In this document: positions 1 through 11,891 of the stretch, piece after piece
Layout: each line of letters starts with the position of its first letter
Position numbering within the stretch: the stretch's first letter is position 1
Assembly: GCA_905178155.1 (NCBI GenBank)
Contig: CAJINV010000001.1
Location: 8,091,599-8,155,598, forward strand
Source of the DNA: Amoebophrya sp. A120
Taxonomy: Eukaryota > Protista > Dinoflagellata
Length of the DNA stretch: 64,000 bases
Reading direction: 5' to 3'
Made by a program: the position numbers and the translations under genes
The notes under the pieces: model-generated
Databases searched by the model: none
Seen by the model: only the letters and a program-made list of their open reading frames with translations
What the model was told of the DNA's origin: nothing

Positions 1-1
1 C

Positions 2-307
2 ACCGTCCTGCTTGCTTTTGCTGTCGCAAACACAGCCCTCGCTGTCCAGCTCCAGTTTCAGACCGGAGAAACGGCGAAGAAAACCGCTGCGAGCACGCTT
101 GCCGACACGTCTTTCCAAGACATTATGCGCAACGCGATGAAGGACGCAGACGATATTGACATGGACTCGGCCGAATACCAGGAGTCCGCGGCAGCGCTGT
201 CGGCTTCCCTGGGCTCAGATTGGAACGGCGCGGAAATCGAACGTCGTGCGGATCAAGCAAATCACGCGTTGCTGGACGGAATCGCGAATCCGAGACAGGT
301 CCTTTGA
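2..307 (+). CDS. 3' part of a small, probably secreted protein (5'-partial)
   Basis: The frame of ORF 125..307 is open from base 2: TVLLAFAVANTALAVQLQFQ..., a signal-peptide-like stretch followed by an acidic region. Stop TGA at 305-307. Confidence 0.6.
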   Translation, partial: TVLLAFAVANTALAVQLQFQTGETAKKTAASTLADTSFQDIMRNAMKDADDIDMDSAEYQESAAALSASLGSDWNGAEIERRADQANHALLDGIANPRQVL

Positions 308-1448
308 TAGCGTTGTTTGGTTGCTTAGCCTTGTTTCTTCTGTTACGGGAGCAGTTTCTTGCTACTCTCGTTTGCATTGATGATTGTGTTTGTGATATCA
401 CAATCTGTAAAACATCATTTCGCAGGTGTCCGCCTTGACGCAGATGTTGGGTGCACTTGCCGGCGGCCTGGGGCACTAGAACTAGACGGCAGCTGGGCGC
501 GGAGCCACTGCAGCTTGCCGAAACAAATGACTTCTTCCACAGCTGCAAACAAATTTGTTTTCCTGACTGGTGATTCTGATTAGCAAAAAATGCAGAGTGT
601 AAATATCTTGTCGCATGCAAAACGACAAGAATAAGAAAAGCAGTGCAGAATTTTGCGACAGCTCGAAAGCCAGGAGGCTTTGATCATTTGTGGTGTGTGG
701 AAAGTTGGTTGACGAGGTGTCTTCGCTTAGGCTCTGACAGAGCATCAGTCCTGGAAGATCTATCAAGGTCATTCTGCTAAGCAAGTAGAGCAAGAAGATC
801 CTCTGCTATCTAGTGATCATGCACGACATGGTGGTCCTGATCCTGCTCGTGTCCAAGTTGAATCCCTTGCTTCGAAGCTTGTGACCTCTGTACGCAGTGC
901 AGCGTTCGTGCAATTGTCGTGTCACCGTAGTTCCTGTATAGTACATCCACATCTTTCGTTTTCCAGGGCGATATGTTGATAATCTTTCAACACGAGGAGG
1001 ATTCTTTATCCGCTCGAAAATCTTGATTTAGATTTATTCTTTGAAATGAACTTGCGATTGAATTTCATTTAGAAAGCGACATTCTCTCCCATCGCCAACT
1101 AGCTTTTCGTGAAGCTGCTCTACCCAACGACAAAAAGAAAGTATGTTTGAGTTAGAAAGAAAAGTAAAAGATTCGACGCCCCAAGATTAATGTACTAGTA
1201 CATCGCAAATGTACTACAACAAGAGAACTGAGCTAGAGCTTTTCACGTTGACTACCGATCGGCAAGTTCCGTTTGCTTGCTTTAGAATTGTGCAGCTGAA
1301 TAGAAATACGACTAAAGTACTTGAGCAAGAGAAATAGGAACTAGAAAGTCACTTAGCGACACCAGATTTCACTCAAGAAAGTTGCCAATAATTTTTTCCA
1401 ACAATAGAAGTTGAAGTTTACGTTTAGTACAAATCTTTTTGTGGCAGT

Positions 1449-4400
1449 ATGGCGCCAAAACGGAAGGATGGAACCAAGGCACCCCAAGCAAGGGGTGCCA
1501 ACAAGGCGAAAGCAGACCCAGCAGAGAAGGCTGGCGAAGCGCTTTTGCCAAACGGGAAAAAGCGGAAGCAGTCGGTGAATGTGGAGGCTGTAGTTGGGGT
1601 GATGAAGAAAAAAGGCCGGGGTAAAGGGAAGGCCAAGCCAGAGCCTCAACCGTCAGCGTCATCTTCATCTTCCTCGTCGTCGTCCCATGATCAGACGGGT
1701 AAGAATGAAAAGCAAGGCGTTCTCGCAGCGGCTATGAAGAAGCGGAAGGCGGTATCCGAGAAGAAAACCCGCGGCCGGCCGAAGGCTTCAGCAAAGGACG
1801 CTAAGTCTTCGAAAACCACAGGCAAATCCCGCAAAGTAATGAAGCAGGACGTTAAGCCTAAGCCGCGCAAGGTCAAGGAAAAGGCCGCGAAAGAGTCCAA
1901 GGACGCGGATAATCGAAAGGAGAAACGTGACACGAGCGTGAAAGGCGAAAAAGTAAAAAGCGCTCGGAACAAGGCCGGGCAGGAGCGCCAGGACCCCAAG
2001 CCTAAAGAGGATACAGGCTCGGACACGTCCAACTCCAAGCTCCCCGAGACACCGAATTTAAATGAGAAAGTAGACACAAGCACAACAGGAGTAATATCTT
2101 CACCGGAGGCCGGCGACGTGTTGAAGTGCGAGAAGCTGCAGAAAAATGCTGCCGAGTCGTGGTTGGGCTCTCCTAGTAGCAACGTTGGGTTGGCGGGAAA
2201 GGTCGTCGACCGACTCGGAGACGCGGGCTCATCCACAACAGTGCCTATTTTTCAACAAGCTCCGAAGGTGGAACCGGCGTCGCTTGTTGCTACTAGTAGC
2301 CCAGGAACTATAACAGCCGTTGTCAGCAGCAAACTTTTTTCTGAAGAAGTAGAGGCAGCGAGAAATAAAACGCAGCTTTTTCTGGGCGACAAACATCAGA
2401 TCGCTAAGCAGGAACAGGTCGAGCAACTGAAGAACCAGGCTGCGGACGAAAAACTGGAAGTTCATCCAGTCCTCTCAACGAGTTCAGTTGTGCAAATGGA
2501 ACAAGAGCAGCTGCAGCAGCAGACGAAAGTCGAAACTGCGTCCGACGTCGCAGCAGCTTCATCGAAAGCGAGTGTCGAGAATGTTGTGCCTGCTGCGGAG
2601 AAGGGCGTCGAGCTACTGGATCCGGAGGCCGAATCTCAGCATCTCCATGCCTGTGATGAAAGTAAATCAGTGCGACTTGCGCCAGCACCAGCTATTGGGC
2701 ATGTACAAGTTGTTGCTCCTACACCTCCCATTCCTTCGACCTCCTCCCCAGGAACTGCGGAACAGGACCAGGATTCTGCGGAAAAGCAACCGCATTCTCG
2801 CCACAGCAGCCAGCTTGTGAGGAGCACTACAAAGGTGCTTTCTTTTAAGGACGAGTCGGGCGCAGAACTTGCGCAGAAAGTGCACGACATGAAGCTCGAG
2901 TTTAGCTGGGTAGGTCGCGAGTGTCGAGAGCGGGCGGACCAGCTGGCGCACGACCACGGAAAAAGGCATGATGAGCATGATGAAAAATTCGCGGAACAAG
3001 CGAGGCTGCAGGCGGAGGATTCCAAAAGGTTGGACGCGGTGGAAAAGCGCGAGCGAGAGCGGGAGTTGGCACTCGCGGCTCAGAGCGCAGATGAGATGAA
3101 GCGGCAGAAAAAACAGCTTGACGAATACGGCCAGAAATTCTACGAGTACACCGACCGAAAGAGCGACGATACGTACCAGAGATTCAACGGAATCGAACAA
3201 GACGTGCAGAAAATCCGCGCTGAGGTGAACCAAGTGAAGCAGGAACAGGCTGCGATGAAGAAGCAAAGTGCAGAAACCCGCAGTCTGGCCGTGTCGGCAA
3301 AGGCGCAAGGCGAAAATATCATTGGGTGCAACGTAGAGCACACTGAGTTGCTGAAGAAACTCGTGAATTGCATGGCACAGGTGCTCAAAAATCAAGCCCA
3401 AGGGGACTCTAAGATGGACGATGTAAGCTCTAAGATGGACGATGCGTTACATCTGATGATGAGGGAGGAAGGTCCGGGCATTGGCAAGGAACAGCCGCAG
3501 GCACCGGCAGCGCTTCGAATTTCGGGAAACACACACAACAAGCAGCTCTGCGTGAAAAACAGCGACCCGCCGCCGGCAGTCTTAGACTGTGCCCCGGAGC
3601 AGGCATCAGCTTGGCGCAAAAGAGAACGCCGCAGCGCTACTGCCCTGCGTAGATGCTGCAGCTGCGGAGAGGTTCTGCATGGGCCCGAAAATGAGCAGGC
3701 AGTTCACTGCGATCGCTGCGGCACTCTTGAGTGCGAGTCTTGTCGCAAGAGATGCGCTACCCTGAGATCCAGTGTATTTCCAACAACTCGAGAAAAGCTT
3801 TCTCGTGCCGGCATCGAGCCAGGGATGCACATTTGCTATCATTGTTGTCGTGATGAACTGAAAGTCCGCAGTGGTGACAGTTTTGAGCAGAGGAAGGCAC
3901 AGTGTGCATTAGAATTAAAGAACACTCCTCAGCAACTGGCCATTACTCAGGGCTCGAAAGTGATAGCGACGAACAACACCGATGGAAACAAGGGCAGTTC
4001 TTCCCGCCTGGCACTGACAGATCGAGATCCATCTGGAAATCAAGAAATTGTTGAACTACGTCGGGATGCCAAAAGACTTGCAAGTGGTGGCGCTGCCGGG
4101 TATTCCTCCAGTGAAGATGATGTCGACCATGATTTCTTTCCACCGACGAGCAGTGATGACGAAAGCGTAAGCGACACAGAGCGGAACAAAAAACGCAAGA
4201 AATCTCTGAAGAGTTCTCCCATACGGCGCGCAGGTCCCCTTGAACTTGGTGAAAATGGTAAAGCTAAAGCCGATCCCCCGTCGAAAAAGCAGAAGCGTTC
4301 GCTTGATGCGGAATGTCTCGAGCGAGCATTCCAAAATGATCCTGACCAGTTTCTTGCCCCCGTCCACCTACGAGACGAAGATATTGAGGAAGGCAAGGAG

Positions 4401-6251
4401 ATCGATCTTTTTGTTAGCAGTATCTTGTACAGCCAAAACACTATCCGAGATACCTTCACTGACGGGACGCCGATTTATCCGTTGATCCATCAGCTGCAGG
4501 ACGGGAGCAAGCGACCCGAGGATATTCGCATGATCCGGGTCACCATTGCAAAGATCGAGGACCGGTTTTTTTATGTCACGCAGGACAACCGCCGGCTTTA
4601 TTGTTTTTGGAAGGGGGGCGTGAAGGAGATTCGCGTCCTGGTCGTAGCCGCCAAACAGGACTTCGTTCGTGAGAAACTCACCCGAAACGAAGGGCCTTTC
4701 AAACCAAAGGACGTTATATGGGGCGATGGATTCGTTCGCCCGTCTCACCCGGAAAGAAAGCAGATGCCTTGGGCAATGGTGAGTGGGCACGTTCCGGGGC
4801 ATGTTTTCCGCAAGGAGTGGCAGTGCAGCTGCTACTGGTGTTACTGGTATCGTACAGCACGTTCTTTTTCTGACGAAATATTGGAAGCTGAGGCTACCAA
4901 AAATGCCAACCTGGAGCGGCTAGAGCGGTTATCGAAAGCTTCGAAGCGGAACACCGGGCCGGATGGCGGACGCAAGAAAGCACCGCTCGGAGACGGATGG
5001 GGATCTGTTATCGACACTACGAAGTCTGCCGTTCCGCCGAACAAGCAGCCACAGAGCGAGGGCGAGATTGATCTGAGTTCTGACGGCAAGAAAGACCATG
5101 GCGTGGTGGGGCCTCTTTATCACGAAGGGGGAAAAACTCCATTCGCTTTCGATCAAGAACCCGACCAGGATCACAAATACCACAAAGGTGGCCAAAAATT
5201 GCAGGACCGCGCCGGAGCTTCCGACAGTTCGGGCGATCCGACTCGCACCGGCAGTCGAACGTTGGCAATTCGAGATATTGAGCCACCAACTTCCAGTCGG
5301 CTGGAAAGACCCAGCAAAGTGCGTCGTGATGAAGGTGACTATGGGGCAAGGAAGACGTGGCGATCGGGGGACGATTGCGGCCCTGGGTACGGTAAACTCA
5401 TCACTACCGTGCAGAACAAGAAGTCGCCACTTGATGACACCAAGGGGCAGCCCATCCCAAAGTCTTCCGCCCCCGCCCCTTGCACGAATTCGAGCAGTTC
5501 CGGTTCTTCTTCACGGGAGCAGAAAAATACCTTCGATCATCGCGACACTTTGCGCGACAAGGATCCTTCAGCCCGCGGCAAGGATCCTTCAGATTGCACG
5601 CGCACGCACAAAGTTGACAAGACTCTGAAAACTGATACAGAGCATGACGAGGAAAACAAGCAGCCTGAGTTTGATGGTGGAGAGCACAACATGAATGATC
5701 CCGATAACGATGTAATTGATGAAAGTGAAAGCAAGCCTGACAACGGAAGCAATGGCGAACTCTTTGCCAAATTTTTGAAAGACCGTCAAGAGAAGAAGGA
5801 TAAGAAAGCCGAAAAGTGTACTTGTAAAGATGCACCTGACAAAGTCAAAGCGAAAGTTCCCGACAAAGGTAAAGCAACGGTGGCGGATGGTGACCGTCGC
5901 GGACGCGCCGTGGCGGGAGCAAGCAGTTTGCATCTCAAAAGGGACTTCAATGATCGCGACAAATCACGGAAGGAGGCGCAGCGACAGGCTCAACGTGTCG
6001 CAATTGAGTCTGTCACTCCAGCATTAATGGACATTTCTGGGACCACCCCTGCGGGTATCATTCTCGGAGACGACTTTACGCAAACACCGGCCATGACGGT
6101 CTGCAACGGCGGGTCCGTGACTCCTTCAGTCATAGCACCGGCTGTTGACGAGCCGAGTACGACCATGGCAAGGAACTCGCGGAATCCGTTTCTATCGGGA
6201 CCGGTGACGTATGAGGATCTCGATCTATCGCGCACGCCGGTACTGAACTGA
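1449..6251 (+). CDS. 1600-aa protein with Lys-rich N-terminus, coiled coil, Cys-rich Zn finger, ParB/Srx-like domain and CxCxxC motif (paralog A)
   Basis: Uninterrupted ORF. Zn-finger-like CCSC...HCDRC...ECESC...HICYHC at ~3652-3850. ParB/Srx-like segment YSQNTIRDTFTDG...VTQDNRRLYCF at ~4420-4650. All motifs are shared with the downstream paralog. Confidence 0.85.
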   Translation: MAPKRKDGTKAPQARGANKAKADPAEKAGEALLPNGKKRKQSVNVEAVVGVMKKKGRGKGKAKPEPQPSASSSSSSSSSHDQTGKNEKQGVLAAAMKKRKAVSEKKTRGRPKASAKDAKSSKTTGKSRKVMKQDVKPKPRKVKEKAAKESKDADNRKEKRDTSVKGEKVKSARNKAGQERQDPKPKEDTGSDTSNSKLPETPNLNEKVDTSTTGVISSPEAGDVLKCEKLQKNAAESWLGSPSSNVGLAGKVVDRLGDAGSSTTVPIFQQAPKVEPASLVATSSPGTITAVVSSKLFSEEVEAARNKTQLFLGDKHQIAKQEQVEQLKNQAADEKLEVHPVLSTSSVVQMEQEQLQQQTKVETASDVAAASSKASVENVVPAAEKGVELLDPEAESQHLHACDESKSVRLAPAPAIGHVQVVAPTPPIPSTSSPGTAEQDQDSAEKQPHSRHSSQLVRSTTKVLSFKDESGAELAQKVHDMKLEFSWVGRECRERADQLAHDHGKRHDEHDEKFAEQARLQAEDSKRLDAVEKRERERELALAAQSADEMKRQKKQLDEYGQKFYEYTDRKSDDTYQRFNGIEQDVQKIRAEVNQVKQEQAAMKKQSAETRSLAVSAKAQGENIIGCNVEHTELLKKLVNCMAQVLKNQAQGDSKMDDVSSKMDDALHLMMREEGPGIGKEQPQAPAALRISGNTHNKQLCVKNSDPPPAVLDCAPEQASAWRKRERRSATALRRCCSCGEVLHGPENEQAVHCDRCGTLECESCRKRCATLRSSVFPTTREKLSRAGIEPGMHICYHCCRDELKVRSGDSFEQRKAQCALELKNTPQQLAITQGSKVIATNNTDGNKGSSSRLALTDRDPSGNQEIVELRRDAKRLASGGAAGYSSSEDDVDHDFFPPTSSDDESVSDTERNKKRKKSLKSSPIRRAGPLELGENGKAKADPPSKKQKRSLDAECLERAFQNDPDQFLAPVHLRDEDIEEGKEIDLFVSSILYSQNTIRDTFTDGTPIYPLIHQLQDGSKRPEDIRMIRVTIAKIEDRFFYVTQDNRRLYCFWKGGVKEIRVLVVAAKQDFVREKLTRNEGPFKPKDVIWGDGFVRPSHPERKQMPWAMVSGHVPGHVFRKEWQCSCYWCYWYRTARSFSDEILEAEATKNANLERLERLSKASKRNTGPDGGRKKAPLGDGWGSVIDTTKSAVPPNKQPQSEGEIDLSSDGKKDHGVVGPLYHEGGKTPFAFDQEPDQDHKYHKGGQKLQDRAGASDSSGDPTRTGSRTLAIRDIEPPTSSRLERPSKVRRDEGDYGARKTWRSGDDCGPGYGKLITTVQNKKSPLDDTKGQPIPKSSAPAPCTNSSSSGSSSREQKNTFDHRDTLRDKDPSARGKDPSDCTRTHKVDKTLKTDTEHDEENKQPEFDGGEHNMNDPDNDVIDESESKPDNGSNGELFAKFLKDRQEKKDKKAEKCTCKDAPDKVKAKVPDKGKATVADGDRRGRAVAGASSLHLKRDFNDRDKSRKEAQRQAQRVAIESVTPALMDISGTTPAGIILGDDFTQTPAMTVCNGGSVTPSVIAPAVDEPSTTMARNSRNPFLSGPVTYEDLDLSRTPVLN

Positions 6252-7794
6252 GCAGTTTTGAGGCTTTTCGATGAGACGCAGTGTAGATAGAAGAGATGAT
6301 GGACGGAGAAAAAACGGAGACTTAGGAAGGTTTGTTTGCAGCAAAAAAAACCTCCGTCATGATCGAAGTGCAGCGATGGTTTTCGTTTTTTTTTTTGAAT
6401 AAAAGAATGGCTGCACTCATTCGATGCTTTTTACCCTTGTAAGTAGATCTCTGTTTGTTCATTCCGAAGCGGAATAAACTATGTAAAGCGAGAGTAAGGT
6501 AAAGAGCGAAAGCAAGTAGAAGTACTTCATCAAGACGTTTTCTCATTCTGCCTCTATTTCGCGCTGATAGAAGGTTTTTTGAATTTCTCTACGAGATTCC
6601 CTCAAGCACTACTTAGGTACTCGTTCAGACCCATTCCCAATCGGTCCGAAATCAAAAAGATACGAAAAACAAGAAAAAAAGCAAAAAATAACGGAAGAAA
6701 AAAATATAACTTTTGATGGTGGGAGCGCCATCGCTCATGATGCGACCTCCTTGTGTCCGCCAAGGATACGACCGAAGTCGTATATTTGTGCTGCTTGCCA
6801 GCCACGGCCCTTGCCTTCGCCGTCCAGTTCCGCATTATCCGTATTCCTTCGGAAAGAGATAGAGAAAGACGAGAAGGCTTTCGCTTTATCGATAGGTTCT
6901 GGCGCACTGCTTGAGGAAAGGGCTAAACCATTTTTGTGTATGGAAACTTGATCTACTTGGGCTGGCACTTACTTGCCAGAGTCACTCTTTCTTTGACGGA
7001 GGTTCAGTGCTATGGAGGTTCAGTGTTAGGAGATCCATCAGGTTCATTCTGTTCCACGAGACGAAGATCCCGGTGTCGTTTTCTGATCATGCACGCGGTC
7101 ATGGTCGAGGTGGTTGCTGACGTGATCCTGATCCGCAATAGATGTATCATCTCCTGGTCCAGTTTTTAATGCAAGCACAAGCTCCGAGCTCGTGGTGGTG
7201 GTTGTGATCATCTCTGTAGCAATACAGTAACTGTCCTGTGGTCGTTCTCGTGTGATTGTAGCTTCTGATGTGTGCATCTCGATTGCGACCTTGATCTTTC
7301 GTTTTCCAGGACGACGATTTGATGATCCTTCATGACAAGGAGCATCTTTCATCCGTTCGGAACGAACCAGATTTGTTAGAAATTGTCTAGCGATGGATTT
7401 TAAGTAGCCACGTAGAATAGACCGACCACCACATCCCCAAATAAACGTAGACAAGGTCCAGGTCCACCCGGACAATAAGTTTGTTCTGATCATACAAACA
7501 TAGAAAGGGAAAGATTTTTGACACTCGAGCTTCACCTTCACGAGCTAAAGCCTCCTTATGTTGACCACCGATAGAAAAGACCACGACTGCCTGGAGCATT
7601 TAGCTTCGAATACTAACACCTAGAAATAGTAATAGAATAGGTTGCACGCGCATTTCTAGTGTGTACTTGTGTGCAGTTTTCAAGTCAAAGGAAACCAGAT
7701 TTTACTACAAGAAAGTCATAAATGTAAAGAAGGTCAATTTTTATCCCGCATAGAAACTAACTATACAAAACTTCTGATTTTTGCGGGAGCGAGG

Positions 7795-10700
7795 ATGGAG
7801 GCGCCCGCCGAAACGAAGAACGGAGTCAAAGTGGCTCCTGCAGTGAAGACTAACGAAGGCCCCGCAAAGAAATCTGATGAAGCGCTTCTACCCGAAGGGA
7901 AACAGTCGGCGAAAGTGAATTTGGACATTGTGGCGAGGAAAGGAAAACAAAGCAAGAGCAGTGGAAATTCCGGCGCAGAACCTTACCCTGTGGCTTCTGC
8001 TGCCGCTTCATCGTCGCATCAACGGTGTCGGAGTAAAAAGCGAGACTTCGTCCGCGTGGCTAGGGAAAGGCGTAGGTGGGTATCAGACAAGAAAACTGCC
8101 AGGGCAGAAGATTCACCTTCAGTAAGGGAGGCTAAATCTACGATGAAAAGGCTCAATAATACAACAGTGATGGAGCAGGACGAGAAAAGGGACAAGATGA
8201 TGAAGAAGCAGAAGCGTGAAGAAAAGGATCCTAGGAAGTCGAAGCATGATCATGACAAAGTAGGAAAAGAAAATCGTGGAAAAACGTCAGCTGCTCTGAT
8301 GCAGGATGCGAAAAATCAAGTTGCCAATCCTCAGCAAGAAACGCTTCTACAGCACGGCGCCAATCCAAAGGCGATCTTGAGGCTGGAGCTACAGCATGTG
8401 ATGACTCCGGACAAGAAAACTGGCAGCAAGAACTTTACCGCGACAGGGAATACGAAAGCGGCGTGTCTTCCTCTCGAGGAAACGGTACCAGCAGGGCCGA
8501 CTGGGTCCTCGACCACCGTGCCTGTTCCGGTTCATCTTGGGAACACTGAGTCGCCATCGAATGGCGCAGTTGCGGCACCAAAGTCGAAGAGCCTAAGCCT
8601 TCGCAAGGGCGAGAATCCGTTGCCCCGGAGAGAGGAGAAGCTGCAGGGTGACGCGGAAGTCACACCCCTTGTGATTTCGCAGAGTTCTACGAGCAATGTG
8701 CTGCCGTCGTTGCTGAATGATCATGGGATTCACTGGCACAACAACCTCCCCGCTCCGGGTAGCAGTAGTACCGACGGCTTTGCTTCGAAGAGCGCCGCAG
8801 TTGCAGACCAGGTTGAGAAAGTGCAGGACTTGAGCATCAACCACAGCTGGTTCTTTACCCCGCACGTGCAGGAAACATTGAAGCATCAAAGTAAAGAGAT
8901 TGCTGCGCATAGCGACAAGTTCGAGCGCTACGATGAAAAGTTTGACGAGATTGAGAATCGGAAGGGCGTTAAACAGGTGGAGCAATTGAGCAGTATTGAG
9001 AGAGCGGTGAACGATCTGACGAAAAGACTTGACGTCATGGAAAAACGGATAGTGCAGCAGTGTGAACAGAAAATCAACGAAAGCGAAAAGCGGACGATGC
9101 AGCACTTGGACGAAAAACTTGCGGGGCGTGAGGACGAGAAATACAACCTTGCTAAAATGAATGCAGTGATGCAGCGCTCGGGGCAAAACTTTGCTGCGCA
9201 GTGCCAAAAGATGAACGACGACAACAACAAGAAATTCGACCATATCGTGCAAAACCTTCGTGGACTCGCAAATAATCTGGGCGACGTGAAGCACGGTCAA
9301 GTTGAGCTGATGAAGCAAGCCCAGATGAAACAGAAACACGAACGGCAAGGGCGAGTCGACGACTCATTCCATGCCGACGTCGTGCAGAGAAAAATACTTG
9401 ATGGTCTCGGTGATCTTCTGCAACCGGTGGTACAGGCCAGCGTAGCAAAGGGGTTGCAGTCCATTCGTGCAAGCGGCGATAAGGGCAGCGTGAAGGACAG
9501 AGAACCGCCGCGAAAACAAAAAGTCCGGTACTCATCTACCAACCACACATCTGCTCGGCGCGAAGGGGAATGTCGAAGCGATCGTCGCCCTATATGTAGA
9601 TGCAACACGTGTACCATGGTTCTGCAGTGGCCCGAAAACGAAAGAACAATGCAGTGTGGTCGGTGTGGTGCTCGGGAGTGCGAGTCTTGCCGGAAAAAGT
9701 ATACCGCTCTGAAAATCAAGGCCTTTCAAACCGAAGAAGATTTCGCTGGCGCTGGCGTTGATGCCGGGATACACGTTTGCCATCACTGCTCTCGAGACGT
9801 CATCGAATCAAAAAACACGATGGAGCCCAGGTGCGCGTCCATTCCTCAGTCCCCCAGGTCGAAAATGGTCGACAACGGCAACACTGCTCCTGGGAGCGAG
9901 CCGAAGACTTTCCGTATGACACCCGCAGACCAAAGCTCATCGAGTGCTCTTCAGCGATCAGGAGTACAGCGTGTCCCTGACAGACAACCGCAAGGGCATG
10001 ACCCCGGGGATTGGTCTTCCAGTGAAAGTGCTGGTCTGGAATTTTTTCCACCAAGCTCCAGCAACGAGAGCGAGAGTCAGGACGAGCGTCAAGATGAAGT
10101 CATTCTGAAGCGCCAGCGAAGCAGTACTATCGATAGGAGTAACTAACTTCGTGCAGTCGTGTGTGAAGAAAACTCTGTTGTAGAAGAATTTTTTCTAAGT
10201 AGCAGAATTCAGTGATGAAAAGAATCAGCGCTTTGACAAAAATATACTTAGTCAAGCCAATTCCAACACACATCCCCTCTCAGGCCAACCCCATCGTCCG
10301 ACGAAAAACGTTACACGCAGCGATCGCGATCCGCGCCCTCCGAGTTCCGATCGCGTGGCTGAGGAGGCGCTCCGTAAAGTGGAAGATAAGCCGGAACTGA
10401 ATGCCACGGTTTTCAGAGAATCGTCGTCGTGTGTGTCGACGAAGGAGGAGCATGGGAATACGAAAAGGACGGAATGGGTTCTGACGAGAAGTCTCGCGCA
10501 TTGTCAGCACACAATAAGCGACAGGTTTTCATCCGGTGTCAACGGAGGACCTGGACGTCCCCTGGTCGACGTTATTCATGAATTGATAGATGGCACCCAG
10601 AAGGCAACAGACTTCCCGCGCCTGCAAGTCGTCGAATTTGTGCCAAAAGACCCAATATCTGCCTCGGATTCGCATTCGCCGACGGTTTTGGTTACTCTCG

Positions 10701-11209
10701 ACAACAGGCGGACGCATTGCTTCAAAATGGCCGGGATTGAGTGGATCGAAGTCGATATAGTTTCGACTTCGAGCAGCGAGTTCTGGAAGAATGGATTCGA
10801 CAAGTTCACTAGGAACAAAGAATTCCGCTACGAAGGCAAGGAAGCGAAGTGGGGCCGCGGCCAGTTGTGGCATGACATAGCTGTTCTGCCATCGTATCCA
10901 CATGAAGGTGCCGATACGTGTCCGTGGGCAACGTCAAATCAAACCTCCTATCCAAAGCCCGAAGGAGAGTGTAGATGCTACTACTGCTGCGATGGACGAG
11001 CACGTGGAAAGCCGTATACGCACTGGCCCGGAGCAGAGGGCGGCACCAACTACCCCGATAATAACTGCTGCAGTGCAGTAGACTCTTGTTGTCAGAAGTC
11101 GGCTCAGCAGGGGGGACAGAATTACCCGGATCTCGTTGAGCAAATGGAAAGTCGTGATCGTGCCTCGAAGTGGTACGACCAGAATGACGAAGCAAATAAA
11201 TCGGAATGA
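7795..11209 (+). CDS. Paralog B of the Zn-finger/ParB-like protein, 2 exons (7795-10138, 10284-11209), ~1089 aa
   Basis: GT-AG intron 10139-10283 (145 nt) joins ORF 7669..10146 in frame to ORF 10355..11209. Shares EALLP.GK, CxxC...PENE...CxRC...ECESCRK, FFPP.SS, Q.TI.D.F, DNRR.xCF and CxCYxC with paralog A. Confidence 0.8.
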
Positions 11210-11891
11210 AAAGTTTTTGTCTTGAAAACTTTGCCACATGTCAAAGAAAATGAAGTAAGTCCTTACCTATTCCGTTGTCGTTTCCTATTCTAATTCTACT
11301 TCGCGCTGATACAAAGTTCTTTAGTTCTTGCGAGATTTCAAGTTAGGTACTACTCGTTCAAGCACATTCCCATTCTATATCAACACTGAAGAAAAGATGA
11401 AAAAGAAAAACAAAAAGCAAAAAATGAAACACCTCTACCAAGTCGTCTTGGCACGACAGCTACTAGTGCTGAGGATGCGACTTGCGTCCGCCAGCACCAT
11501 ATTCACAACTTGTGTTTCTAGAAATCGGCTTAGCTGCGTTCATCAATTCGGTAGGAACTTCACTAGTGCTCATCGATCGGTGTGCCTCATTCAGCTCCAA
11601 GTTCTGAGATTTCGTGTCGGCGTTGAGGTGGAAAGGAAGTTGGTCGGACGATACCTTCGATAGTAAAATTCGCAAGCTACACTTCGGTCAGAGTGACGCA
11701 CAGTCGATCGGAGAGATTTACTTATTTGTTTAAGTCGTTCGCTGCAATTGGAATTGAGATTCAATTCAATTTTTCGTTTTTCCGGCTCTGAAACAGTTGC
11801 CCCTAGCCTGTCTTAGCACCAGCGTTTGCTACGCTTCTTTTATTGCATTTTCGCTTTCTGCGTAATCGTTCTCGTCGTTTCCTAAGCAAAA

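Larger units (their letters stand above)
690..11500 (+). repeat. Old tandem segmental duplication (units ~690-6800 and ~6930-11500) including non-coding flanks
   Basis: Matching non-coding blocks: gatctatcaaggtcattctg (~757) vs gatccatcaggttcattctg (~7032); gagctagagcttttcacgttgactaccgat (~1230) vs gagctaaagcctccttatgttgaccaccgat (~7542); ttcgcgctgata...ttaggtact (~6558 and ~11300). Confidence 0.8.

Noticed and set aside
3406-5592. Short in-frame duplications (SKMDD twice, KDPS twice) in paralog A
   Set aside because: Ordinary slippage repeats in low-complexity protein regions.
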